From: Lama guanicoe
Taxonomy: Eukaryota
Direction: 5' to 3'
DNA: 64,000 bases
Assembly (NCBI GenBank): GCA_013239625.1
Contig: MU056050.1
Span: 3,954,084 to 4,018,083, forward strand
The number at the start of each line of letters is the position of its first letter. Position 1 is the stretch's first letter. Under the pieces are notes generated by a model that saw nothing but the letters and a program-made list of their open reading frames with translations, searched no databases and was not told the origin of the DNA. Positions 51,715 to 64,000 of the stretch are shown in pieces. Position numbers and translations under genes: made by a program.

Positions 51715-52285
51715 TCCTCCTCCATATCTCAAGGAATCATACCAACATGCCCTCCCTCCCCAGTTTCCTGAGTTAGAAACTTGTGAGTCATCTTAGAGTT
51801 ACCTGTCTTCCTTACCCCTCACTTTCAGTCAGTCATGAAAACCTGTTCATTGCTTCTCCTGATAATAATAGCTGGCTGTTAACCTCTCTTATTACCCCAT
51901 TGTTTTTGTTGTTGTTTTGTTTGTTTGTTATGTAGACATATAGTCAGTACTAATCTTGGCAGGATTCAATGTTCTTTTCTAGATCTGCCTTTCTGACTCT
52001 ACACTCCTGACTGCATTCACTCCTATGACTTCAATTAACATCTATATGCTAATGACTGCAAAATCTCTGAGTCCAGTTCAACTCTCTGTCCTGAATTCTG
52101 TACATGCACATCCAACTGCGTATTGAATGTATCCACCTGGATGTCTTACAGGGACATCAAACCCATATCAGGAACTGAGCTGAACTCTTTGCTTTCAAAT
52201 CTCTTCTTCTGGTTTTCCTATTTTCAGTAAATGGCAAAACTGTCTACTCAGCTACTCAAGCCCGAAACTGGGGATCATTCTAAAT
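51715..52285 (+). mobile_element. Two L2 LINE fragments
   Basis: catctatatgctaatgactgcaaaatct...catccaactgcgtattgaatgtatccacctggatgtc...tcagtaaatggc. Confidence 0.7.
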
Positions 52286-53564
52286 AAAATTCTCTCAACC
52301 ATGTTATAAGAAAGAATAAAATGCTATGCAATGGTAATAATATTTTCTTCCTGAAAAAACGTTATTTTAGTGATATTTTTCTTCTTAAATTTATATTAAA
52401 CATATAATCAAGCAAAATACTAAGCGTTTAAAAATATTTGTGTTATTTGATAATTTACCCCTAAGTACTGTCTAAGAATGAATGATGGCTAAATGTAATT
52501 AATGATAGTCACTTTACACAGAGATAAACTTTTTGCTAACTTTCATATTAATGATTTGTCTCTTTGATGGAGGTTTATCTGTGCTATGTATTTATGTCTA
52601 ACCATTTCAACTTGTACTTGTGTTATCATTCAATAATTATTATATTCTAAATATTTTAATCATACAAATTATTTCTATATAGATTAGAAAACTATTTCCA
52701 TGTATATTATATCTGAATAAAAGAAGCAAAAAACTAAAATACTAAAAATCGCACATTTTATTTCAAAAAAGTCAGCAGATGAATATTCCAAGATAAAATA
52801 ATTAATGATTTATTGAATAGCCTAACTCAAGAGTAACTGGATAATGCAAAACATGGAACTGAACATTTTCTCTTGGTCACAATGTACAGGCAGTAAATGG
52901 ATTTTCATATTACTCTGCAAGGGAAACAAAATATATTAATGTATTTGATGTTGTGCCCATGTGAGGATAGGACTCAAAAACTCAATAATTGATTTCCAAT
53001 AAAAGGGATAGTTGATAGTTACAAAACCCAGTTCCTATACTTCAGTTATTAGAGTTTTTCATCCCATATTTACATTAAAATATAAGATACAATATTCTGA
53101 ATGTTATCTCAATAATATTTTTATTTTAAATATATCACAGTATCTAACATTCTGTTTTAAAATCATTATGGATCACATTTTCATCATTTCATGCAACAAA
53201 CTATTCTGAGATTGTCTTGTTATTTGCTTTAAGCTAAATACCTATTTCAGTTTACTATGTCTTTGGTATTCTGTCAATGCATTATTATTTAAAAAGAGCT
53301 TTGTTATAAATTAATTTAGGAAAATATTATTCTAGAATAATTTTTCTCAAAATGCAAATACTTTCTAACTCTGATAAAGTTCTTCAGTTGCTCCCACTGC
53401 CTTCAGGGTAAATTCCAAATACCTTATGCTAAGGTACATTGGCATACAATCTGATCTGGCTACATCTCAATCCTCATTGAGGATTCTGTCACTGCCTTCC
53501 CAACATTTGTGCTCCCAGTAGAGCATGCAAAAGTTAATATAGTTTCCTGAACTCTCTCACATTT

Positions 53565-54430
53565 ATTATTTAAAGTGTATAATCCAGCAGTTTCCCTTTT
53601 TGTAACATACAGGTGAGTGTTTTTTTTTTTTTTACAATATTCACAAAGTTGGGCAACCATCACCACTACCTATTTCCAGAACATTTTCATCATATCGAAA
53701 AAAAAAAATAACCCTATCCTTGTCAGTAGATGTTTGCCATTCTCTCTTCTCTCCTTGAAACACATTATTTTCTGACTTCTAAATTGGATAGGAAAAAAAA
53801 GACATTTGTACATTTTTTTTTTACTATGTAATTAAGTTTATGAGTGCTCTTTATTTTTTCTTGTGGAATCCAGTTACTAGCTATTGTCCTTCCGTGTAGA
53901 CTGAAGGACTATATAGTCTGTAGGACAAGTCTACCAGTGATGAACTATACATTTTTTTAAATATGGAGAGTCAATTTTTCTTTATTTTTAAAGATATAGG
54001 ATTTTTACTTTCTTTTTTTATCACGTTGAATATGTCATCCCTCTTTTTTCTAGACTCTATATTTTCTAATATTTTAGTTGTTAATCTTATTGAGACTTTT
54101 TTGTATGTGATGAGTCGCTTCTCTGTTGCTGCTTTCAAGAGTCTGTCTTTGACGGTTGGTTATAATGTATTTAGGTGTGGATCTCTGAGTTTCTCCTACT
54201 TGTAATTAACTGAGTTTCTTGGATGTGTAAATTGATGCTTTTCATGAATTTTAGGAAGTTTTCAGCTAGTAGTTCATCAGATATTCTTTCTGCCCCTTGA
54301 TCTCTTTCCTGTACTTCTGTGATTCCTATTATGCTTATGTTGGTATTCCTGATGATGAGCCACGAAACTCTAAGGTTCTGTTCATTTTTCTTTTTTTATA
54401 TTTCTATTTCTCAGACTTGATACTCTCAAA
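53565..54430 (-). mobile_element. L1M fragments (L1MB-like 3' end and an ORF1 region)
   Basis: tttaaagtgtataat...atattcacaaagttgggcaaccatcaccactacc; cttctctgttgctgctttcaagagtctgtctttg. Confidence 0.75.
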
Positions 54431-54556
54431 CTTTAAACAGCAATTTCTGCTTATGGACTACAACTCATCTATTCTTTTTACCTTCTAAAAACTATATGTA
54501 GGACCATAAGAATACTGAATATCAGAGTGCAAAGAACCTTAGAAATCATCTAGGTG

Positions 54557-55094
54557 TGTTAGGCAGTTAGGTAAGTGGGGGCACTGGGCAGATAAGGTGG
54601 AGGAGAGGGAGGATGGACTGGAAGATGGTGATATGTCTCCCTTCAGCATAGGGGGCTTTACCTCCTCTAAATGAGTACCAGCCAAAGAAACTGGTTGGGA
54701 CCAGATGGCTGCAACTATGCAGTAGCAACAAGGAGCTAACCAGACATGACCCTGTGCTCACTGTAATATAATTAGCATTGCCATTTAGGCCCTCTTCTGT
54801 GGGTTTTTCTGTGTGCATCATGGGTAAGGACATACACAAAAGGGGATTGGCATGACTAAGCACTCCAGGGGCAAGAGCCATCAATCAATCAAGAGACCGC
54901 CTCTAACAGAGAGTATGAGAGCTGCCATCCACTCTTGGATCAGCCCGCTTCCTGCTCTTGGAGGTGTACTTTCCCTCTGCTAATAAAAATCTTTAAAATC
55001 TTTCACTGCACAATGCTTTCATCTCCTGTCTAAATTCTTCTCTTTCGGGCAAGACAAGAACTGAGCCTTTTTCCCCTCCCCTTTGAGGGTAACA
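54557..55094 (+). mobile_element. ERV1-class solo LTR inserted into a MIR
   Basis: tgttagg...ggtaaca ends, AATAAA near 54982, flanks ggtg/gggg (imperfect TSD), and MIR-like halves on both sides. Confidence 0.8.
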
Positions 55095-55856
55095 GGGGGA
55101 TTGTTCTTATTTTGTAGCATGCTGAACCTCAGAGAGGGGAAAGGGTTACCTACAGAATGTTAGTCCTTTTTGTAAACCCTAGTACATTTTCAGATTCTAC
55201 CCAAGCCTAACTAGTGTTAGGCAAATAAAATGGTTGATATTGAACAATTTCTTCGTGTTATTTAAGCAGTGCTCTATAAACAGAAAGCAAATGATCTCTA
55301 TGATTATAAAATATATTACTATAACATTATACATACTCAGCTTTTTGAATTACCCATTGTGTGCATAACTAGGAAGTTAAAGCTGTGGGGACAGCTAGAT
55401 CCACTTCACTGCTATAGTAACTAATTTAGAGCTATTGAACGCTTAGTTTCAGGGTTATTTCTACCTAAGACATTTTATTTTAGAGATAAGAAATTTTATA
55501 TTTCAATAGACACTTATGTCTCTCCAGCTTAAGATATTCTGTGAAATTGCTAGCTGCACAGCCAATATTCATGTCTTTTGACTCTTTAATATAATATTAA
55601 TCTTACATAAGTAATTTAAGATTCTTTAACAAGCAAAAGCAACTCTCAAGTATTTCTAAGTAAACTCAGAGTATAAGTTCTCTAGTCTCTTCTCAAACAG
55701 TTCCATTGAAGTACATCTTAATGTAAATATTGCTAAACCCACACCAAAATATTCTCTAATTGAAGTGAGCCCCATAAGGTATTAAAAATAGGCAACACAG
55801 TGAACTCTGTTGTTAAAAGGGGAAAAAGTAGGAACTTTTTGTATTTATCCACACAT

Positions 55857-56393
55857 TGTTGGGGCTTAGGGCAGGTCACCCCAAAATGTGCCTTAGTGGC
55901 ATATTAATTATTTTGAATTAAAGTTACTTAAAATGGCCAACACAAGACAGAAGCTCTGACCCTCCTTTCTGTCACCCTGAAAACAGAAAATAAATCTCTT
56001 ATGTGAAAGGCCAACTCCCTACATCTGGAGGTAACAGGACACCTTTGTCACCAAAGACAGGGAATTTGAGACCTAGATTCCTATAAAAACAAACCTTGTT
56101 ACTTCTTTAGTTTACTACCCCTAGCCAAACTCTGTTTACATTCTTCACTAATTAGGCATCCCAAACCTAAATTTCTTTGTCCTGTCAATTCCTCACAAAT
56201 TTATTGTTTCTAAGTCTAAAAAGTATAAAAGCTTGCTGTGTTGGTTACTTCTTAGGTCCCATTTCTATGAGACCTCCATGCTCATGAATTAAAATTTGTT
56301 TCTTTTTCCCCTATTAATCTGTCTTGTGTCAATTTTATTATTAGTCTAGCCACAAAAACTCAAGAGGAATTGAGGGGGAAATTTCCCCTTCTT
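55857..56393 (+). mobile_element. ERV1-class solo LTR (MER34-like)
   Basis: tgttggggcttagggcaggtcaccccaaaatgtg...tattttgaattaaagttactta...ctattaatctgtcttgtgtcaattttatta. Confidence 0.8.
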
Positions 56394-59206
56394 AAGGAAA
56401 TTAAGAATAACTATGCTTGTAATTTTGTATATAGTATATTGTAGAAGAGTGGTTTGAATAATTTACTATTTATTTCCCATCATATTCCAAAAAAAATTAT
56501 TTAAAGAGACACACAAAAATTACATGTGTTACAGGATAAAACCAAAAAGTTGGGAAAATCATTAGAGTGCATCAGAGCTCTAGAAATAGGGTGGTGGGAG
56601 AGCTTTCTGAAGGAGGTAGGGACAAGGAAGATTTTCAGAAATTCTCACTTATATAAATAGTTGGTGTCCCTCATGAGAAGACTATAGAAGATGGTATTTT
56701 GTGAGGCTGAATAGGAAGTATAATTTCAGTATGATTGAGTAATAGTTGAATTAGGGCCTTCATAAAATATTCATCACATCTTAAAATGCTACTATTATGA
56801 CTTTTCATGGACTCCAACATTCCTGGGACAGCATTCTCTTCTTCCTTAAAGACCCAAAAGATTGGAAAAGACTCATCTTATGTCTCTTCTGTCACCCTAG
56901 AACTTTCCCTGAACATATGCCCAAAATTGCATGATTGTGAAAGCAGGCCTTTCTTACAACGTGACTTTCTAGATGAACTCAGGTTGTCTAGTAACAGTAC
57001 TCATAAATTAACAGAACTTTCAGCAGAGATGGAGAATGCATTGCTTCCTCCCCGCAAATTTCTAAGCCAGTTTTTCCTTTATCCTCACAAGGAGGACATA
57101 GGGTCCAGGGGAGCCCATACATACTAGTAAAGGTATGCTAATTGTTTAATCTGTTAGCTCTTCTGATAGTCCAGTACCCAAACCTGTTTGTATTAATGCC
57201 TGTTCTGTACTACTTGTTAAATATTTTGACTATCGCCTTTGCCATGATCCTGATGAGAAGTGAGGTTAACCAAACTGGAAATATATTAGAAGCAGGTCAG
57301 TGTATTACTATGTTCCGTAAATATCTATTTGGCATTTAACACCATCTGTTTCCTTCTAAAGGTTAGGCCTGAGCTCACATTTGTTCAAGGAATAAATAAT
57401 TTGGAGGCCATGCTTCCTGTAGCAACATATTCCACACACACAGTCTAGGTGGTTAGAGATTTTAAGTACAGAGTGTTGTTCCATTGCTATATCTACAGAG
57501 AGCAGAGTAATTGTCCTGAAGAAGGTTAATTTGTGGGTGTCTATAAGCCTTGGTGAAGTTTTTGATGAGTAATCTTTAAAAGACTAGGCTATTCATTCTG
57601 GGACCTAAAGAAATAGTTGCCAAGGTAGTTCAGAGGAAGAAAAATCTTTTCGGTGTATGATGTGGGCTATCCCCACAAATCCTACCTTTATGTTCTCACT
57701 TTGTATTTATTATAAAATCAAATCATAATGAGGATAAATCAATAAAATGAAAATGAAAAATAAGTAAAATCAAAGCAAAATGATCTGTTATTAAAATAAA
57801 TGTGTTAATCTAAAAAAAGAATAAATTGAGAAATTTAAAATATTTAAGATAAAAAAGTAGTATATTAAAAAGGAGCTTCAAGACCCAGTGAAGATAAAAG
57901 TCAAAACATTTGAAATAATAAAATAATAAACTTTCAGGTAAAGGGTATAGGTCAGAAAACAAGACAAAAATTATGAAAGAAAATAAAGAATTAGAATAAA
58001 GTGAAAATTTAAAACATGAGATTGAAAATTAAGAATAACAAGACAGGACAGAAAGCTAAGAGTCAGAATCATTTTAAATAATAATAACTTTAAGATAATA
58101 CATTTAAATGCATTTATTAAATTTCAAGCAATAAGAGCAGAGGTCAGCAATAGGATACCTGTAAACTTTGACCTGTAACTTAACAGCTTACAAGTTCTTA
58201 TAATGAATGGGCTTTTCAAAAATTATTATTATTATTAGTGGGTCAAGAATTCTATGATTCCAAGAGCTGGAAAGCTGCAAGGTGTAATGAGCAGTAGGCA
58301 GACAAGCTTCTGTAACCTCCTAGGAAAAGCAAAAACTGAAACAAGAAGCCAAGAAATTATACCAGATATACTTAATTATTTTAAATATGTAGATATTAAG
58401 GTTGAGCTTGCTCTTCATACTTCTTCAATACTAACTATAAAAGTTTAGGAAAGTTTATCAGATTCTTTTCCTTTGTTGAATGGTACAACTTTGCAGAAAC
58501 AAAAAAAAAATGCGTATCATAAAAATAGTTCTTTTGTTAGCAGTATGACAGATAGTTTGAAGCACCTGATGGCAACCTGGCATCTAACTGTGTTCTTAAT
58601 TCTTGCAAATTTAAGATAATTAATACCTTTGAGGTACCATATGTGCCTTTGGAAAAGAACGGTTTTTATTTTCACATTAGAAATTCTAGAAAATAATTGT
58701 AGCATGTTCAAAAATTTGGATCTTCTTATCTTCTAACCATCCAAAGAAATATTTTGTTAAATCATACTTTATTCTTACTTTGTGTTTTTTATAGTGCAGA
58801 TACAGAATTTATTAAGCTCTGGAAATGCTCACTAAAGAATTCTGTCATGAACATGTGGCAGATTCTAATGTAGGATGGCTCAATTTTTAAAGGTAAGGGG
58901 AAAACTTAAATGGTTAATATATTTGAGATATATCCTTATTTGCCTCCAGAAAAATAATCTGATTTTGCTTAGTTGTGACTCCCTAGTTCATGGTTCTTCC
59001 TAGTTACAGGTATTCATTTCAGCATGACTGATGAATATCTTGTGTATATAAGTGCATATGATCATATACATTCTTTTATAAAAAGTCAAAGTCAGTATTC
59101 CTAGTATGTTACTAGGAGTGAATATTGGAATGAATAAACTGCTTGTGATCACAGTCTATAGGTCTGTAGAATCAGAGAGGAAGCCCACTCTAACAACAGC
59201 AAGGTA

Positions 59207-59570
59207 GTATAAAGCAAAGAATGTTGCCTACCATTCAGTTCTACAATGATCAAGTCGTTAGCCACTGCAGTCGCTGACTGACAGTATACCCTGAAAGGAA
59301 ATCAGGATGAAAAACATGCTTCTTAGATAGTTAGAGATATCTCAGGAAAAAACTTTAATGAACCCAGGCTCTTGCATCTTCCTATACATAGAAAAGCACT
59401 AGAATTATTAACTGAGATGTCTGATCCTTGAGACTAGCAGCAGCTTTCTACTGAGATGTATGCTTGACTGATGCATTCCCTAGCCAAAATCATACGAATA
59501 CTGGCATCTGCCCTACCTCTTTGGAGCAGTAAGGTCTCCACCTAAAACTGAAACCCTCAATTCTTAACAG
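59207..59570 (+). mobile_element. ERV1-class LTR fragment of artiodactyl type
   Basis: gcatcttcctatacatagaaaagcactagaattattaactgagatgtctg...ccctacctctttggagcagt. Confidence 0.65.
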
Positions 59571-59859
59571 TACACAGGAGAAAAGGTGGTTTAGACTAAA
59601 AGGAAGAAATGAAGAACTATTACACTATTTACCTACAACACTCTCCTCGTTTTAGAATTCTTTGTATAATGTTTTTGTTTGTGGAAGTTATTTGAGAAAT
59701 ATAGTTATGTTTTATTTTGGTGATTGGGGTGATTGAGGAAAGAGAGGAGGGCAATTTGAAGAGTAATTGCCATTTGCTGGGATGACTTAAAGTCATGTAA
59801 CTATCTCAGATGTCTGTTTTTACCTTTAAGACAAACTACAAAAAATAAAGGTAATGACA

Positions 59860-60040
59860 ATAACTATAATTTATTGAGCACAAGTTATGTGGGCTGCCTT
59901 GCTAGGTATTTTGCATACAAAAAATTTGCAATGCATTCTCTCCATTTAACAGTTGAAGAAACTGAAAGGAAATCGGTTAAGTAACTTGCCCAAGAAGTCA
60001 GTTTGGTTAAATTTGACCCAAAGCTCCTACTATTTCCACT
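59860..60040 (-). mobile_element. MIR SINE
   Basis: tttattgagcacaag...ccatttaacagttgaagaaactgaa...ggttaagtaacttgcccaag. Confidence 0.7.
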
Positions 60041-60789
60041 GTTGCATGCAACATCTCTCAGAATCTCATTTTAAGCAGCTACTAATCCATGCTGCTGAAT
60101 GATGAACAAAGTATGTCTTAACAAACTGGCTTTTTAAAAAAGAAACATTTTTTTAAAAAATGGCATAGGATAATTAAAAGTATATCTCACTACTCAATCT
60201 CATTTTTCTTAGCTCAAACAAAATTCTTCAGCAATTTGATCTCAAGCATATGTAAAGGCAAGGACAAGTGGGGAGCCACCCTTTGTCATTTAAACTCCCC
60301 AGATGGCCTGAGATAAATGCCCGATTTTACCTTACCCTCATCTCACTAGTGGATGTATTTAGAACCCTATCAGAAAACTCTTCAGATATTCTCTGAGTTT
60401 ATTTTTAACTTTCATTCATTTGAGAACAAGATCAGAAAAGTTATTTTCTGTCTGTCACAGACACAGATATAGCTATTAAGTCTCTATTTTCACTTGCCAC
60501 TTTAAAAATCAGAGCTAAAGTGGCTGTAAGATACACACCTCTCAAACAATACAGGTGGATTGGGCTGATGATTCCATTTACAGAAACATGACTAAAATAT
60601 TACCTATTCTTACTCTCCCAAACTCCTATTTATTTGGTTGCATTTTGATCTTGACCTTTTATTTTAAAGATTATGTTAAAATCTACTTCTTGCTCCATCA
60701 ATCTTGCCATGGTCTTTGATAAAAACCAATACTATTCTGACCTAAGACATAAGAATTAAATTCTTTAGTATAGTGAAAAAAAAAAAAGC

Positions 60790-61670
60790 TCACCAACAAT
60801 ATGTTATTAAGATCTTATTATCTTTAATCAGCGATTCATGAATCAGGCAGCATCTGAAACCAAGCAGGACCCTATGGGGCCCTCCCGGGTACAAATTCTT
60901 TCCATGTCCCTCATTTCTTGTTTTTAGGAAATAGGCTTAATTCAGCCTTCTAGACCTTCCTGAATATCAAAGGGCAGGTTCAGACAGTTGCTAACCAAGG
61001 AAGTAAGGGAATGCAGCAACAAAGGAGCAGTCAAGAAGCAACAGTACACCGATGGACAAGGTCCTGGTTCCTCAGGAAAGAATATACCTAACAATACCTT
61101 TGAGTTCTTCTGCTGGAACTAAAGCCCCCATCCAGGTGGAGGATGGTGACTTCAGGCTGAGCAGAGTCCTGGAACACCACCCTCTTACCGCAGCACCAAC
61201 CAATCAGAAGAAAGTCACACACCCTGCTGCCAAAACTTCTCCCCCAAACCCATTGGGGAGTTCTAGGTTTGAGAGCACAAGCTGCCACCTCTTCTGGTTT
61301 GGTTCTACAATAAACCTTTCTCTGCTCCAAACTCTGATGTTTCAGTTTGTTTGTCCTCACTGTGTATTGGATATATGAACTTGTGTTCTCTTACCGATTA
61401 TCTTGTGCTCAGCCTGAAGCTGTAATTGGAGGCTGGTATAGGGAAGCTGGATACATGCCTACTAGATGTGGAACATCCTATGTGATAGGGTTGGGGAACA
61501 TGTTTGGTTCTCTTTGGTTGGCCCTGAATTGAAAGGAGACAGAATTAGGAAAGCTGGCAGTCATTGACCAAATCCTGATCTTTCTGAATTGACTCCTACA
61601 GAGGTTGTAACTCAGAGTTCTACTTTCATATATGGTTTAGCCATTGTCTGTATATTCAGTCTCTCATTAT
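60790..61670. mobile_element. Older LTR split by a younger nested LTR
   Basis: LTR-like text on both sides of the 60855-61395 insert (atcagcgattcatgaatcaggcagcatc / tctttggttggccctgaa...gcagtcattgaccaaatcctga). Confidence 0.55.
60855..61395 (+). mobile_element. Artiodactyl ERV1-class solo LTR (nested)
   Basis: Starts tgaaaccaagcaggaccctatgggg; contains accaaccaatcagaagaaagtcacac and caataaacctttctctgctccaaactctgatgtttcag. Confidence 0.8.
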
Positions 61671-61679
61671 CAAACATTA

Positions 61680-62315
61680 GTATCATTCACTTGTTTAATA
61701 CTTTTTTGAGTACCTACTATGTGTCAGGCAATGTTACAGGTGCCAGTGGCAAACAGTGAACAACACATAACAAAACAAAAATCCCTGCCCTGAGAGAGAT
61801 TATAGTCAAGATAAGAAAGAGATACATTCAAGATTGGTTGCATTTTTAAAAAGAGAAGGCAAAGAAGGTCTTACTGAACAAATTGACAATGATAAATAGA
61901 GCTGAGGAAAAAAGCATTCCTGGAGACAAGCATTCCAGGCAGAAGGAACAGTAAGTTCAGGAATCCTGAGGTTGTGATATGCCTGGTGTATTTTAAGAAT
62001 AGCATGAAGGCCATGTGGCTTGAGTTGAGTAAATAAAGGAGAAGAGTGGAAGGAGATACTATCAGAGAGACAAATGGACCAGATCAAACAGGGCAGAGTA
62101 GCCACTTGCAACAAATTTAACTTCATCTCTGAGAGAAGTGGAAAGTTATTGAAAAGTTTTGAGTAGAAGTATGGGAAGAAATATGTCTTAACATGATAAT
62201 TCTGACTATTGTCTAGAAAATAAATGGCTGGGATATCAAAAGTCCAAGCTTAGGAGCTTGATTAGGAGGCTACTGCAATAATTGAGATGATTTATGGTTT
62301 GGCCTAGGCTGACAA
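61680..62315 (-). mobile_element. L2 LINE 3' portion
   Basis: ttgagtacctactatgtgtcaggca...aagcattccaggcagaaggaacag...ttaggaggctactgcaata. Confidence 0.85.
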
Positions 62316-62319
62316 CAGC

Positions 62320-64000
62320 CATTCTGTGACTTTTGATTGGAGAATTTAATCCATATATATTTGAAGTAATGATTGCTAGGTAAGGACTTATTATTTCCAT
62401 TTTAGCCATCAATTCTTAATGTTTTAAAATAATCTTATCACCCAGGTGTGCGTCTCTAGGTACTAGAGCCTTATTTTATCCATTTTTTCTTAATTTGGTA
62501 AATCTTCTTAGTCTCCTTGACTCTATTGTTTTCTAGTGTTCTCATTTCTTTATAATTTATCACTGAAGAATTTAAAACATTTGACCTTTGGAAGTTAATG
62601 TAGATTTTATTGTTGTATACTCATGTAAAGTCGTCATGTTTCTTTGTCCTCTAAGTTTCTTGTATATTGGCAACTGGATCTAGAGACCGTATCAGACAGA
62701 TTTGATCACTTTTGCAAATGAATAGATAGTGTATAGCAAGAGCATAGGAGGCACAAAATGTCTGGTTGTCCCTCTTTTTCTAATGTTAGCAGTCATTGAT
62801 ACTAAATACCTGTATCCATTCATTGTGGCTTGAAAAATAGAAGCATTCTAATGTTATTTCTTATTCAACTTTTGGATAGTTTTATAGAGATAACTCCTCT
62901 CATTTACTATTTGTTTACCCAGCAGTATGGTACATGAAGGAAATGTTTGATTCTTTCCCTTTATTTACCTGTTTTCAAGCTAATAAATTGCTTCCCTGTT
63001 ATCCTCTTAAAGTGACCAATTTTCTTAATATCAATATAGCTCATAGATTTAAACATATTTCATGGGGTTCAGTCATTTGTAATTATTACTGAAGTTTGTG
63101 TTATCCCCTCATTGGCCAGTGGGAGTCCTTTCAAGTTGGTTCCTAAGTCCACCTGACCTACACATATTTGGTAGCTTCCTTGCTATCTGTCATTACAAGA
63201 ATTTCCATGCTTGTTGGCTTGTTTTGTATTTTTTTTTTTCTTTTTTGCCCTAAACCTAGAATCAACTATTTCTCCAAGAAGCTCTGGTTTGGGATAGTGG
63301 TAAATGATATTTCAAGACTACAGTCTGGACACCAGGCTTGCTCACTGCTACTGAGTTGGGATTGTACCTAGATCCTTCAGTCAGTTTTTCTTGTGATGAG
63401 AATTCTTAGGATTTATTCTCTTAACTTCCATATATAACCTACAGCAGTGTTACTTACATTTATCATGTTGTACATTATATCCCTAGTACTTATTTATCTT
63501 ATTACTGGAAGTTTATACCTTTTGACAGCCTTCATCGAATTCCCCCTGTAAACAAGCCACACTTCAGGTAACGACAAATCTGATCCCTTTTTTTTTTATG
63601 AGTTCCTTTGTTTCTGTTGTTTTTAAAGTATAATTGACTTCACTATGTTAGTTATTACTGTGTTATAGTATTATAGAACTAATACTATATTAGTTCCTGG
63701 CACAAAACATAGGGATTTGATATTTCTATACTTTCAAAATGATAAGTATGCTTACCATCTGTCACTATACATAAATATTGCATAATTATTGACTATATTC
63801 CCTACACTGTACATTTCATACCTATGACTCATTTATTTTGTAACTGAAAATTTGTACCTCTTAGTATCCCTTACCTATTCCTCTCCTTCCCACACCCCTT
63901 TTCCATCTGGCAGCCACTTGTTTTTTTCTGTATTTATGATTCTGTTTCTGTTTACCTGTTTGTTTTTTAGAATCCACATAGAAGTGCAATCATACAGAAT
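62320..64000 (-). mobile_element. Mosaic of L1 fragments (old L1M plus two younger L1 3' ends from ~63390)
   Basis: cttttgattggagaatttaatccat; catgttgtacattatatccctagtacttatttatctta; ttattgactatattccctacactgtacatttcatacc...ttagaatccacata. Confidence 0.75.

Noticed and set aside
1..64000. tRNA, snRNA, rRNA, NUMT or CpG-island promoter
   Set aside because: I recognised no such sequence; CpG is depleted throughout apart from a modest excess in the young LTR at ~42100-42490.

Overview
This is AT-rich, CpG-depleted mammalian non-coding DNA, either intergenic or deep intronic. I can support no intact protein-coding gene, RNA gene or CpG island. Roughly half of the window is transposable-element fossils: old L1M LINEs (mostly on the minus strand), L2 and MIR, MaLR (MLT1) LTRs, an ERV-L provirus fragment (LTR16-type LTR plus decayed gag-pro), several ERV1-class solo LTRs, and Tigger and hAT DNA transposons. 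The youngest L1 3' end and LTRs look cetartiodactyl, possibly camelid. I saw no Alu, B1, Bov-A/tA, CHR, PRE-1 or SINEC. The listed ORFs are antisense-L1 artefacts, decayed L1 ORF1 or ERV-L gag pieces, or chance frames. I found no evidence for a new biological system. The best structural observations are: a TSD-flanked retrocopy of a non-L1 transcript inside an L1, two different LTRs enclosed by one TSD, a ~175-bp dispersed duplication with a 48-bp perfect core, a twin-primed L1, SOX/POU and PBX/HOX motif clusters, and a few candidate exons. All family names are assigned by eye from remembered consensus sequences and boundaries are approximate.
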